Source: an uncultured beta proteobacterium (GTDB lineage: Bacteria > Pseudomonadota > Gammaproteobacteria > Burkholderiales > Rhodocyclaceae). Taken from it: DNA of 64,000 bases. The position numbers and the translations under genes were made by a program. Location of the stretch: positions 36,832 to 100,831 of the forward strand of contig CAVPDA010000006.1 in assembly GCA_963702495.1 (NCBI GenBank). The letters are read 5' to 3'. Position 1 is the first letter of the stretch. Each line of letters opens with the position of its first letter. Below are positions 18,936-27,757 of the stretch, piece after piece. The notes under the pieces are model-generated. The model saw only the letters and a program-made list of their open reading frames with translations. It was not told the origin of the DNA and did not search any database.

Positions 18936-19099
18936 GCCCGGCCGGCGCAATCGCGTCGCGCTGCAGCGCGGGATCGAAGCGCGGGGTTGAAATGACCAAA
19001 AGATACGTGCCGGCTGACACCCACGCCTGCCTCTAGATTTGCCCGCAGCGCTCGGGCTGCGGTTGTCCGACGGGCCCGACAAGAACGAGGAGACCTCCG

Positions 19100-22000
19100 A
19101 TGGCACAGACCGTCCCGATCAGGATCACCGGACGGGCCGATGCGCCGGTTCTGCCGCCGCTGCTCGCCGTTGCGAGCCGTGCCGCCGGCGTGGTGGCCGA
19201 TCCCTTCCTTCCCGCGTCCTACTTTCGTCCTACCGGCACCTATGACGTCGGCCCGGCGGCGCGCGGCGCCGAGGGCACCGCGGCGCACGAGCATGCCGCG
19301 GCGGCCGACGAGGTCGTGGTGCTCGAACTGGCTGACGGCAGTACCCTGATCACCAGTGCCGCGCGCTTGCTCGACTCGCTGCAGCGCGTCCATCCTGACT
19401 GGATCGAGGACGGCGCCATCCCGTTCGAGAAACTGCGTGCCGCCGGTGCCGCGCCCGGACGAGGTCTGGGCGAGGCGATGGGCGGCCTGGTCAGCAAGGT
19501 CTTCACCATCGTCGCCGGCGAGACAAGCGACCCGATCATCGACGCTGCAATCGACGAGCTGAAGAACAAGGGACTGGCCCCGATTGAGCTGGGAATCACC
19601 TGGGCCGGCACCAAGGCGCTGATGTGGGCGATCGAAAGCCGCCTCGTCAAGCAGCCAGGCCTGTACCGCTGGGTTGGCGCGAGCGGCAAAGCCGACGACC
19701 TGGAAGCGCCGAGGCAGGACGAGCTAGATCAGGCCGTGGCCGACAAACTGCCGATGCTGGTTTTCGTGCATGGTACCGGATCGAGTTCTTTGGGCAGCTT
19801 CGGCGAGCTGCGCGCCGGGGACCGCGACCTGTGGTCCGCGCTCGAGCGACACTTCACCGGCGGTATCTACGCATTCGAGCATCGCACCCTGTCCGAGAGC
19901 CCGGTTGAGAACGCCCTGCACCTGGCCCGTGCGCTGCCTAAGGGTGCGCACCTGAACCTCGTCTCGCACTCGCGCGGCGGGCTGGTGGCGGACCTGCTGT
20001 GCCTCACGGACTTCGAGGCGCAAATCGACGCCTTTGCCCGGCCGAAGAACCTCCCCGGCACCGGCGATGCCGACCCCGATAGCGACGCTGCCAAGGCCTT
20101 GGCCGGGCAGCTCGACGACGCCTACCGCGAGCACCGGGCGCAGCTGCGCGAGCTGGCCAGCGTCCTGCGCGACAAGCAGTTCAACATTCAGCGCTACGTG
20201 CGCACCGCGAGCCCGGCCAACGGCACCAAGCTCGCCAGCGGCAACTTCGACCTGTTTCTTTCTGGTCTGCTTACGCTGATCGGTCAGGTGCCGTTCTTCT
20301 TCGGCAGCCCGTACTACGCCGCATTCAAGCGGGTCGTGATCGAGATCGCGAAGAACCGCACCAACCCCCACCTGGTTCCCGGCATCGAGGCGCTGCTTCC
20401 AGACTCGCCGCTGGCCCGCCTGCTGCGCGATGCGCAGGTGCGCGCCGGCTTCGCGATGTCGGTGATCGCCGGGGACATCCAGGGCGGCAACCTGCTCAGG
20501 CGGCTCGGACTGCTGCTCACGGACACGCTGATCTTCGATCGCGAGGACAACGACCTGGTGGTCAACACCACCGCCATGCTCGCCGGCATCGCGCCGCGCG
20601 CAGGCGCGCGAGTGCTCTTCGACCGCGGTGCTGACGTCTCCCACTTCCGATACTTCACGAACGTCGGGACGCGCTCGGCGCTGCGCGACTGGCTGGTCGA
20701 ACGCGACCCGGCCGCGCTCGATGTATTCCATGCCCTTCCAAGCGCGCAGGACTACGCCGCAGCGCTCGCCGCCGCGGCGCGTGACGTGTTCGCGACGGAC
20801 CGGCCAGTGGTCGTCGTGCTGCCCGGAGTGATGGGATCGCACCTGCAACGGAATGGGAAAGACCGCGTCTGGTTCGACCCGGCGGACATCGCCACCGGCG
20901 GCCTGAGCAAGATCGAATGGGGCAAAGCGGGTATCGAGGCCGAGGACTTGTTCGGCATGCTCTACGGCGACCTGTGTAAGGCGCTCTCAGAGAGCCACCG
21001 CGTCGAGCGCTTCCCCTACGACTGGCGTCAGCCGCTGGACGCGCTCGGCGAGCGCCTCGGGGAATTCCTCGACCGGCTGATGAAGCGCACGCAGCAGCCA
21101 ATTCGCCTGCTGGCGCACAGCATGGGCGGATTGGTGGTGCGCGCCGCGATCCACAAGCGCCGACCGGTGATGGACGCGCTCATGGCGCGCGAGGGCGCAC
21201 GACTGGTGATGCTGGGCACGCCGCACCAAGGCGCGCACTCGATGGTCGAGAACCTGATCGGCAAGGGCGACACGCTACGCATGCTGGTACGGCTGGACGT
21301 GACGCACAGCATGCAGGAGGTACTCGACATCGTCGCCGGCTTCAGGGGCGCGCTGCAGTTGCTGCCCAAACCCGGTTTCAGGGACATGTTCCAGGGCCAG
21401 AGCGACGGCGGGAGCTTCTACGACTACCAGAAGGCGCAGACCTGGGTCGATTTCCAGCCCAGGGTGAAAGACTTCTGGTTCGGCAATGGTAAGGTCGGCA
21501 AGCCCTCCCAGGCGGTGCTCGACTCCGCCGCCTGGCTGTGGTCGCAGGACGGGACGCAACGCCCGTCGCTTCCAGCCGATTACGAGAAGAAGAGCCTCTA
21601 TGTGTTCGGCGTGGCGCGCAATACGCCGTGCGGCGTGCGCGAGGAGGGCGGTCGGCTCAAGATGGTCGGCACCTCGCACGGCGACGGCACGGTGACCTGG
21701 GAGTCGGGCCGCATCGGCGGGATTGGCCAGTTCTTCTACATGCTGGCCGAGCATGGCGACCTGCCGGCCACCAAGGAGTACTTCCCGGCGCTGGCGGAAC
21801 TGCTCACCTCCGGTGTCACAAGCCGGCTGATGAGTGCGCCGCCGGTCTCGCGTGCGATCGAGCAGCCGCAGCCGGTCAGCTACGACGCCGGTCCGCCGAG
21901 CGCGGACGATCCGGACATGGTCGGCCGCGCTTTGCTCGGCGGCTCGTTGCGCAACCGCGTGCCGCCGCGCCGCATGCGCCGGCTCGAGGTCCGGGTGCAG

Positions 22001-23032
22001 TGCAAGGACCTGCGTTTCCTCGCCCAACCAATCATGGTGGGACACTACGAGCAGGATCCGATCGCAGGTCCGCAGCGTCTGATCGACCGCGAACTGCTCG
22101 CGGGCGATCTGAGCGAGCGACACAGCCTGGGCCTGTATGCCGGCCCGGTAGGCACCGCGACGGTGGTGCTTCGCGCGCCCAACGAGGCAGAACGGGCGCG
22201 CGGGAGCCTGCGCGGGGCGGTGGTGACCGGCCTCGGCGGGTACGACGGCGCACTGACCCAGAGCAACCTCACCGAGGCGGTGCGCGCCGGCGCACTGCGC
22301 TACCTGCTGCAGGTCATCGATGTGCTCGGCAAGGATAACCGCGAGGTGTCGCTCGCAGCCCTGCTGCTGGGCTACAACTCATCGGCCAATCTCACCGTCG
22401 AGGCCTCGGTCGAGGCGCTGGTGCGCGGCGTGATGGAGGCCAACGCCCGCTTCTACGAGACGACGCGCCTGAATATCCGCATCTCGCGCCTCGACATCGT
22501 CGAGTTGTACCTCGATACCGCGATCACCGCGGTCTACGCGCTACGCAGCCTGTCCGGCCGGCTCGCCGCGCAGGCGGAGCAGCAACACACCCAGCTCGTG
22601 TGCAGCCGCGAACTCGACCGCGGAGAGGGCATGCGCCAGCGCTTGTTCGACAGCCGCAGCGCGAGTTACTGGCCGCGTCTGATCGTCACCGCCGCCGACG
22701 GCGAAGACGCGCGTGGCGCAACCGGGCAGGGAGATGCACCCGCCACGGCACTCGCCGATACGCTGCGCTTCCTTTATGTCGGCCAGCGCGCGCGCGCCGA
22801 GGCGCAGCTGCAGCAGCGCCAGCCGGGCCTGGTCGAGCGCTTGGTGCGCCAGCAGATTCACGACACCGTGTGGAACGAGGACTTCGGCCGCATGCTGTTC
22901 CAGCTGATGGTACCGCACGACTTCAAGGATGCGGCGCGCCAGCTTGACCAGGTCGTCCTGGTGGTTCGACGCCGCCACGGCCAACTTGCCGTGGGAGCTG
23001 ATGCTCGCCGACGACCCGCAGCGCGGCGATGA
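19100..23032 (+). CDS. N-terminal 1289 aa of a ~1999-aa protein: unknown N-domain, alpha/beta-hydrolase 1, LCAT/PGAP1-like lipase fold 2, and the pre-CHAT region. The frame is lost at ~22967.
   Basis: SD aggaga then ATG at 19100. Triad 1: LVSHSRGG (Ser codon 19970-19972), EDNDLVVN, ADVSHF. Triad 2: LLAHSMGG (Ser codon 21119-21121), SHGDGTV, LAEHGD. The last 22 codons of the ORF (RRRHGQLAVGADARRRPAARR) look out of frame. Confidence 0.85.
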   Translation: MAQTVPIRITGRADAPVLPPLLAVASRAAGVVADPFLPASYFRPTGTYDVGPAARGAEGTAAHEHAAAADEVVVLELADGSTLITSAARLLDSLQRVHPDWIEDGAIPFEKLRAAGAAPGRGLGEAMGGLVSKVFTIVAGETSDPIIDAAIDELKNKGLAPIELGITWAGTKALMWAIESRLVKQPGLYRWVGASGKADDLEAPRQDELDQAVADKLPMLVFVHGTGSSSLGSFGELRAGDRDLWSALERHFTGGIYAFEHRTLSESPVENALHLARALPKGAHLNLVSHSRGGLVADLLCLTDFEAQIDAFARPKNLPGTGDADPDSDAAKALAGQLDDAYREHRAQLRELASVLRDKQFNIQRYVRTASPANGTKLASGNFDLFLSGLLTLIGQVPFFFGSPYYAAFKRVVIEIAKNRTNPHLVPGIEALLPDSPLARLLRDAQVRAGFAMSVIAGDIQGGNLLRRLGLLLTDTLIFDREDNDLVVNTTAMLAGIAPRAGARVLFDRGADVSHFRYFTNVGTRSALRDWLVERDPAALDVFHALPSAQDYAAALAAAARDVFATDRPVVVVLPGVMGSHLQRNGKDRVWFDPADIATGGLSKIEWGKAGIEAEDLFGMLYGDLCKALSESHRVERFPYDWRQPLDALGERLGEFLDRLMKRTQQPIRLLAHSMGGLVVRAAIHKRRPVMDALMAREGARLVMLGTPHQGAHSMVENLIGKGDTLRMLVRLDVTHSMQEVLDIVAGFRGALQLLPKPGFRDMFQGQSDGGSFYDYQKAQTWVDFQPRVKDFWFGNGKVGKPSQAVLDSAAWLWSQDGTQRPSLPADYEKKSLYVFGVARNTPCGVREEGGRLKMVGTSHGDGTVTWESGRIGGIGQFFYMLAEHGDLPATKEYFPALAELLTSGVTSRLMSAPPVSRAIEQPQPVSYDAGPPSADDPDMVGRALLGGSLRNRVPPRRMRRLEVRVQCKDLRFLAQPIMVGHYEQDPIAGPQRLIDRELLAGDLSERHSLGLYAGPVGTATVVLRAPNEAERARGSLRGAVVTGLGGYDGALTQSNLTEAVRAGALRYLLQVIDVLGKDNREVSLAALLLGYNSSANLTVEASVEALVRGVMEANARFYETTRLNIRISRLDIVELYLDTAITAVYALRSLSGRLAAQAEQQHTQLVCSRELDRGEGMRQRLFDSRSASYWPRLIVTAADGEDARGATGQGDAPATALADTLRFLYVGQRARAEAQLQQRQPGLVERLVRQQIHDTVWNEDFGRMLFQLMVPHDFKDAARQLDQVVLVVRRRHGQLAVGADARRRPAARR

Positions 23033-25100
23033 CGATAAGCGCCCGTTCGCGCTGCGCATGCCAGTCGTGCGCCAGCTGTCATCGACGCAGTTCCGTCGCC
23101 AGGTGCGGCAGAACATCGAGCGCACTGCGCTGGTGATCGGCAACCCGTCGGTGAAGGGCTTCGCGGCGGCGTTCTCCACGCCGCATGCCAAGATCGAGTC
23201 CGATCCGCCGGACCTGCCTGGCGCGCAGGCCGAGGCCGAGTCGGTGGCGCGTCTGCTCAACGCGATGGGCTATGACGTCAAGCCGCTCATCGGCGGTGCC
23301 GTGGCGAGCACCGTGCTCGGAGCGCTTTACCACCGGCCCTGGCGCATCCTGCACGTTTCGGCCCACGGGGTGTTCGGCCTGCGCCACGCAGACGGGCGCC
23401 ATCGCAGCGGCGTGCTGTTGTCCGACGGTCTGCTCATCACGGCCGCCGAGGTGCAGGCGATGGAGGTTGTGCCCGATGTGGTGTTCCTCAATTGTTGCCA
23501 TCTCGGAACGGTTGACGTCGGGCGGCAGGGCAACAAGCTGGCGGCGAGCGTCTCGCGCGAGCTCATCGATATCGGTGTGCGCTGTGTCGTCGTGGCCGGG
23601 TGGGCCGTCGACGACCAAGGTGCGCAGCGCTTCGGCGAGACCTTCTACCAGGAACTGCTTCAGCGCCGCCGCCCGTTCGGCGAGGCGGTATTCGCGGCAC
23701 GCCGCGCCGTCTGGGAGAACAACTCGCAGGACATCACCTGGGGCGCCTTCCAGGCCTACGGCGACCCGGCCTGGCGCGCTGAACCACGTGCCGACGGGGC
23801 GGCGGGGGCTGACGGCTTGCCTTTCGCCTCTCCCGAGGAACTGCTGGACGAACTGGCCCGTTCCCGCGCCGATCTCGCGCGCCGCAGCGAGCGCATGAAC
23901 GACCGTGATAGCCGTGCCGGGGTCGAGGCCATCGAGGAGATGCTGAAGAATCGCTGCCCGCCGGGCTGGCTGGACGTGCCGGGCCTGCAGTCGGCGCTCG
24001 GTGCGACCTGGTATGAACTCGGGCAGTTCGACAAGGCGCGCGAGGCACTGCTGCGCGCGGTGCAGGCCGAGGACAAGGGCGGCTCGGTACCGATCCACGA
24101 CATCGAGAAGCTGGCCAACGTCGAGGCCCGTCTGGGCGAGCAGCGCGCGCAGGACGAGGTCCGCGCCAGCTTCGAGTCGGCTCCAGCCAAGGACCGGCTC
24201 GCCAAGCGTCCAGTGAAGGCCGGACGCATCCGGTCGGGCGCGAGCGGGACGGAATCGGCCGAGGCCTTGGTCGAGGGGGCGATTACCCGTCTGCGCATGC
24301 TCGACGATCTTCTGGCGGAGCAGGGGAGGAAGCCTTTCAACCCTGAGCGCAGCGCGCTGCTGGGCAGCGCCCACAAGCGCAAGGCCAACTTGTATGCGTT
24401 GCGCCTCCTGGCAGCCGATCGCATACGCACCGACAAGGCAACGTTCCCAGCAGACCGGGCCAAGGCCGAGTCGCTGGTACCAAGCGCCGCCCAGGAGCTT
24501 CGCGCTGCGTTGCGGCAGAGCGCCGCGGCCTACGGTCGTGACGAGGACAGCCCGGGCAGCGGCCAGTTCTCCAGCAACCTGGCGCTCAACCGACTGACCC
24601 TCGAATCGCTGATGCCACAGCGTGACGAGGCCGGTAAGGCGGAGGCAATCGAACTGGCGCGCCAGTGCCGGCGCAGCGCCGAACTCGGCTTTGAGTGCAG
24701 CCCGGGTTTTTGGGATGCCGAGATGCAGGCCGAGGCGCTGCTGGTGGAACGTCTGATCGACGGCAGTCTGGGTCAGCCCGGCGAGGCCGGGCAGGCCGCA
24801 TTCGACGTCGTGGCCGCAGCCTATGCCCAGGCACTCGCCAATGTGGCCGTCAGGCCCGCTGAGCTTGACTCGGTGGTCTCGCAGATGGAACTGCTGTCGC
24901 GCTTCTGCGATGCCCTGGCGGTGGCCGAGTCCGGCGCGGCGCTCTACCGCACAGCGAGTCGCCTGATCGAACTGTGTCTGCGTATCCGCCCCGGTGTTCG
25001 CCCGCGCGAGGACCGGCCTGCGCCGCCTCACGGCGCTGAGCCGACAGCCGCGCCAGCCCGGCGCGAGGCCCGGCGCGCAGCAAGAAGTGACCGTACTTGA
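22929..25100 (+). CDS. C-terminal ~710 aa of the same protein: CHAT (caspase-fold) protease + alpha-helical TPR-like tail
   Basis: From 22968: DAATANLPWELMLADDP, ALVIGNP, WRILHVSAHG (His codon 23364-23366), VVFLNCCHLG (Cys codons 23493-23498), VVVAGWAVDD, TWGAFQAYGDP. These are CHAT hallmarks. About 440 aa of helical repeats follow. Confidence 0.85.
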   Translation: MRRASLTRSSWWFDAATANLPWELMLADDPQRGDDDKRPFALRMPVVRQLSSTQFRRQVRQNIERTALVIGNPSVKGFAAAFSTPHAKIESDPPDLPGAQAEAESVARLLNAMGYDVKPLIGGAVASTVLGALYHRPWRILHVSAHGVFGLRHADGRHRSGVLLSDGLLITAAEVQAMEVVPDVVFLNCCHLGTVDVGRQGNKLAASVSRELIDIGVRCVVVAGWAVDDQGAQRFGETFYQELLQRRRPFGEAVFAARRAVWENNSQDITWGAFQAYGDPAWRAEPRADGAAGADGLPFASPEELLDELARSRADLARRSERMNDRDSRAGVEAIEEMLKNRCPPGWLDVPGLQSALGATWYELGQFDKAREALLRAVQAEDKGGSVPIHDIEKLANVEARLGEQRAQDEVRASFESAPAKDRLAKRPVKAGRIRSGASGTESAEALVEGAITRLRMLDDLLAEQGRKPFNPERSALLGSAHKRKANLYALRLLAADRIRTDKATFPADRAKAESLVPSAAQELRAALRQSAAAYGRDEDSPGSGQFSSNLALNRLTLESLMPQRDEAGKAEAIELARQCRRSAELGFECSPGFWDAEMQAEALLVERLIDGSLGQPGEAGQAAFDVVAAAYAQALANVAVRPAELDSVVSQMELLSRFCDALAVAESGAALYRTASRLIELCLRIRPGVRPREDRPAPPHGAEPTAAPARREARRAARSDRT

Positions 25101-25125
25101 ACCGCATCTTGAGGAGATACTGCCG

Positions 25126-25827
25126 ATGGCCAAGCCCTACATCCTGAAAAAAGGTGACACGCTCGCCAAGGTGGCTGAACGGCTGCTCGGTGACCGCAAG
25201 CTTGCCAGCGCGCTTGCCGGCTACAACGGACTGCTCGACGCCAAGGACATTGGCGTCGGCCAGGCCATCCACATCCCGTCGGTACGCGAGCTGAATCCGC
25301 CGCGCGTCGCCGCCCGCGCGGTACGCGACGTCCCCGCCTGGCCGGCGCCGCCGAACAGGCTACAGGCGATCGTCCAGACCTTCGGCAACATCTGGAACTA
25401 TGTCGGCGATGGCGACCGGCCCGACCCAAAATGGGAGAGCCAGTTCATGGTGTCGGCGAAGATGCCGTTTGCGATGCCGCTCGACTGGGCCCCGCAGCAA
25501 AGCGCTTCGAGCATCCGCTGCCACAAGCTGATCGCGCCTTTGCTCCAGAGCGTGTTCGCAGACATCGTGGCCAAGGGCCTGCAGAAATCGGTCAAGACCT
25601 ATGGGGGCGGCTACAACTGGCGCATGAAGCGCGGCCAGTCCAAACCCTCGACGCACAGCTGGGGCATCGCGATCGACCTGAACGCGCGCACCAACGCGAT
25701 GGGCACGCGCGGTGACATGGACCCAGCGCTGGTGGCGCTATTCGAAGGCTACGGTTTCACCTGGGGCGGACGCTGGTCTGGCGCCAACAAGGATCCGATG
25801 CACTTTCAGTACTGCAGCGGCTACTGA
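25126..25827 (+). CDS. LysM + peptidase M15 (VanY / D,D-carboxypeptidase-like) peptidoglycan hydrolase
   Basis: SD gaggag then ATG at 25126. LysM: YILKKGDTLAKVAERLLGDRKLASALAGYNGLLDAKDIGVGQAIHIP. Zn-peptidase motifs: STHSWGIAIDL (SxHxxGxAxD) and KDPMHFQY. Confidence 0.9.
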   Translation: MAKPYILKKGDTLAKVAERLLGDRKLASALAGYNGLLDAKDIGVGQAIHIPSVRELNPPRVAARAVRDVPAWPAPPNRLQAIVQTFGNIWNYVGDGDRPDPKWESQFMVSAKMPFAMPLDWAPQQSASSIRCHKLIAPLLQSVFADIVAKGLQKSVKTYGGGYNWRMKRGQSKPSTHSWGIAIDLNARTNAMGTRGDMDPALVALFEGYGFTWGGRWSGANKDPMHFQYCSGY

Positions 25828-25854
25828 AGCGGGTGGCACGTGACCGCTTGAGCA

Positions 25855-26215
25855 GTCGGTGAGGCGGCGGGGGTCGTTGTCGAGCAGTTTGGCGGCCACG
25901 ATCTCGTAGTCGTTCCAGGAAGTGTGCGTGAAGGCGCCACGGCGTTCACATCGCAAGTGGCTCATTACCCCCCGGCCCATGGGTCCGGCACTGGTCATCG
26001 ACCCGGATAAAGCCGCGCGCGTCGGTGTCGATGCCGGCCGCGGCGAGCCCCAGATCGTCCGTGTCGGGGCGGCGGCCGATGGCCAGCAGCACATGGCTGC
26101 CGAGGATGACTACCAGGTGCTCCGGCAGGAAATCCAGGTCCATCATGCCGGTGTTGGTGAGGTACGGTATGTGCTTCAGGGCGGGCCAGTCGGGCGATCG
26201 ACCCGGTCAGGTAGG
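25855..26215 (-). pseudogene. Remnant of a paralog of the class-I pyridine-nucleotide-disulfide oxidoreductase at 31466-32845
   Basis: Minus-strand translation PDWPALKHIPYLTNTGMMDLDFLPEHLVVI|LGSHVLLAIGRRPDTDDLGLAAAGIDTDARGFIRVDDQCRT, a frameshift, then GRGAFTHTSWNDYEIVAAKLLDNDPRRLTD. It is collinear with the intact gene (PDWPALKDMPYLTNTGMMDVDFLPEHLVII...LGSHLLLAIGRRPNTDDLGLGAAGIDADERGFIRVDDQCRT...GRGAFTHTSWNDYEIVAANLLDNDPRRLTD). It lacks both ends and about 70 internal codons. Confidence 0.8.
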
Positions 26216-26681
26216 GCAATCACCCATTGCCCCCAGTTGCGTACCCATTCGCGTTTCTTTCTTGCCGCTTGAATTGCACGAACGCAGACACTTCGCATGC
26301 ATTGGAATCAACTCGACGCATGGCGCGGCAAACGCTTGTATCTGGGCAAGGAGCAACGTTCGGCGGTGGCAGACAAGCGGTGCCATCGCGCGGACTGCCC
26401 AGCCGCGGCCGCTTCGATAGTCGCTATCCTGAAAACGTCTTGCGGCAAGCTTGATCCGATGGCGCACCGGCGAGCGCACACCGGAACAGCCAAGCGATGC
26501 AAGCATGCCAGGCCGCGGAATCGGCGCAGCCCACAGCGATTCGCCGTCGCGCTGATATGATGGGCTTCCGAAGGCAGGAAATCACATAGCCCGACCGCCA
26601 TGCGGGGCCAGACGCAAGACGCGGCAGGCGCGTGGCGCCGTGCAGGTCGCGCCCGGCGCATGAACCGGGCAGGAGCGCGCC

Positions 26682-27722
26682 ATGCGAATTGAACAGGACC
26701 TCAAGCTCGATTTCAAGGATGTTCTCATCCGCCCCAAGCGTTCCACGCTCACCTCCCGCTCCGAGGTGGACATCGCGCGCGAGTTCGTCTTCCTGCACTC
26801 GCGGCGCACGTATCGCGGCATCCCCGTCATCGCTGCCAACATGGACGCCACCGGGACCTTCGAGATGGCGCGCGTGCTGGCCCGGCACAGGCTCTCGGTG
26901 GCCCTGCACAAGCATTACGGCGAGGCGGAGCTGCTCGCGTTCTTCCGGGAACTCGCCGTCAATTCCAGCGCGTTCTACTCGATGGGAATCAACCCGCCGG
27001 ATTACGACAAATTCCGCCGGGTGAAGGATCAGGCCGGCGAGGCCATCGAGTACGTCTGCGTCGATGTCGCCAACGGCTACACCAAGGCGTTCGTCGATTT
27101 CCTGCACAAGCTGCGCACGGCCTACCCACAGGTGACGATCATGGCGGGCAATGTCGTCACCGGCGAGATGACCGAGGAGCTCACCCTCGGCGGTGTTGAC
27201 ATCGTGAAGGTCGGCATTGGTCCCGGCTCGGTATGCACGACGCGGAAGATGGCCGGGGTGGGCTATCCGCAGTTGTCGGCGATCATCGAGTGCGCGGACG
27301 CGGCCCACGGTCTTGGCGGGCTGATCTGCGCCGACGGGGGATGTGCCTCGCCGGGCGACCTGGCCAAGGCCTTCGGCGGCGGGGCCGATTTCGTGATGCT
27401 GGGCGGGATGCTGGCCGGGCACGACGAGTGCGAGGCCGAGATCGTCGAACACGACGGCGTGCGCAAGATGCGCTTCTACGGCATGAGCTCCCGCGCCGCG
27501 ATGGAGCGCCATGCCGGGGGCGTGGCCGAGTACCGCGCCGCCGAAGGCAAGGAGGTGCTCCTCGATTACCGGGGACCGGTGGAGAACACCGTGCAGGAGA
27601 TCCTGGGCGGGGTGCGCTCGGCCTGCACCTATGTGGGGGCGCGCAGACTCAAGGAACTGTCCAAGCGCACGACCTTCATCCGCGTCACGCAGCAGTTGAA
27701 TGAGGTGTTCAGCCGAGACTGA
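26682..27722 (+). CDS. guaC: GMP reductase
   Basis: 346 aa: [23 protein letters not shown]...[14 protein letters not shown]...[14 protein letters not shown]...ADGGC...[12 protein letters not shown]. Full-length GuaC pattern. Confidence 0.95.
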   Translation: MRIEQDLKLDFKDVLIRPKRSTLTSRSEVDIAREFVFLHSRRTYRGIPVIAANMDATGTFEMARVLARHRLSVALHKHYGEAELLAFFRELAVNSSAFYSMGINPPDYDKFRRVKDQAGEAIEYVCVDVANGYTKAFVDFLHKLRTAYPQVTIMAGNVVTGEMTEELTLGGVDIVKVGIGPGSVCTTRKMAGVGYPQLSAIIECADAAHGLGGLICADGGCASPGDLAKAFGGGADFVMLGGMLAGHDECEAEIVEHDGVRKMRFYGMSSRAAMERHAGGVAEYRAAEGKEVLLDYRGPVENTVQEILGGVRSACTYVGARRLKELSKRTTFIRVTQQLNEVFSRD

Positions 27723-27757
27723 GACGGCAAGTTCCTGGGCCTGGTGCATCAGGCCGA

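Noticed and set aside
22950-22975. Possibility that the CHAT-gene frame change is a programmed +1 frameshift
   Set aside because: There is no slippery heptamer or stop-codon-stimulated shift site (gtg gtt cga cgc), and the zero frame stays open for another 65 nt. An indel or mutation is more parsimonious.
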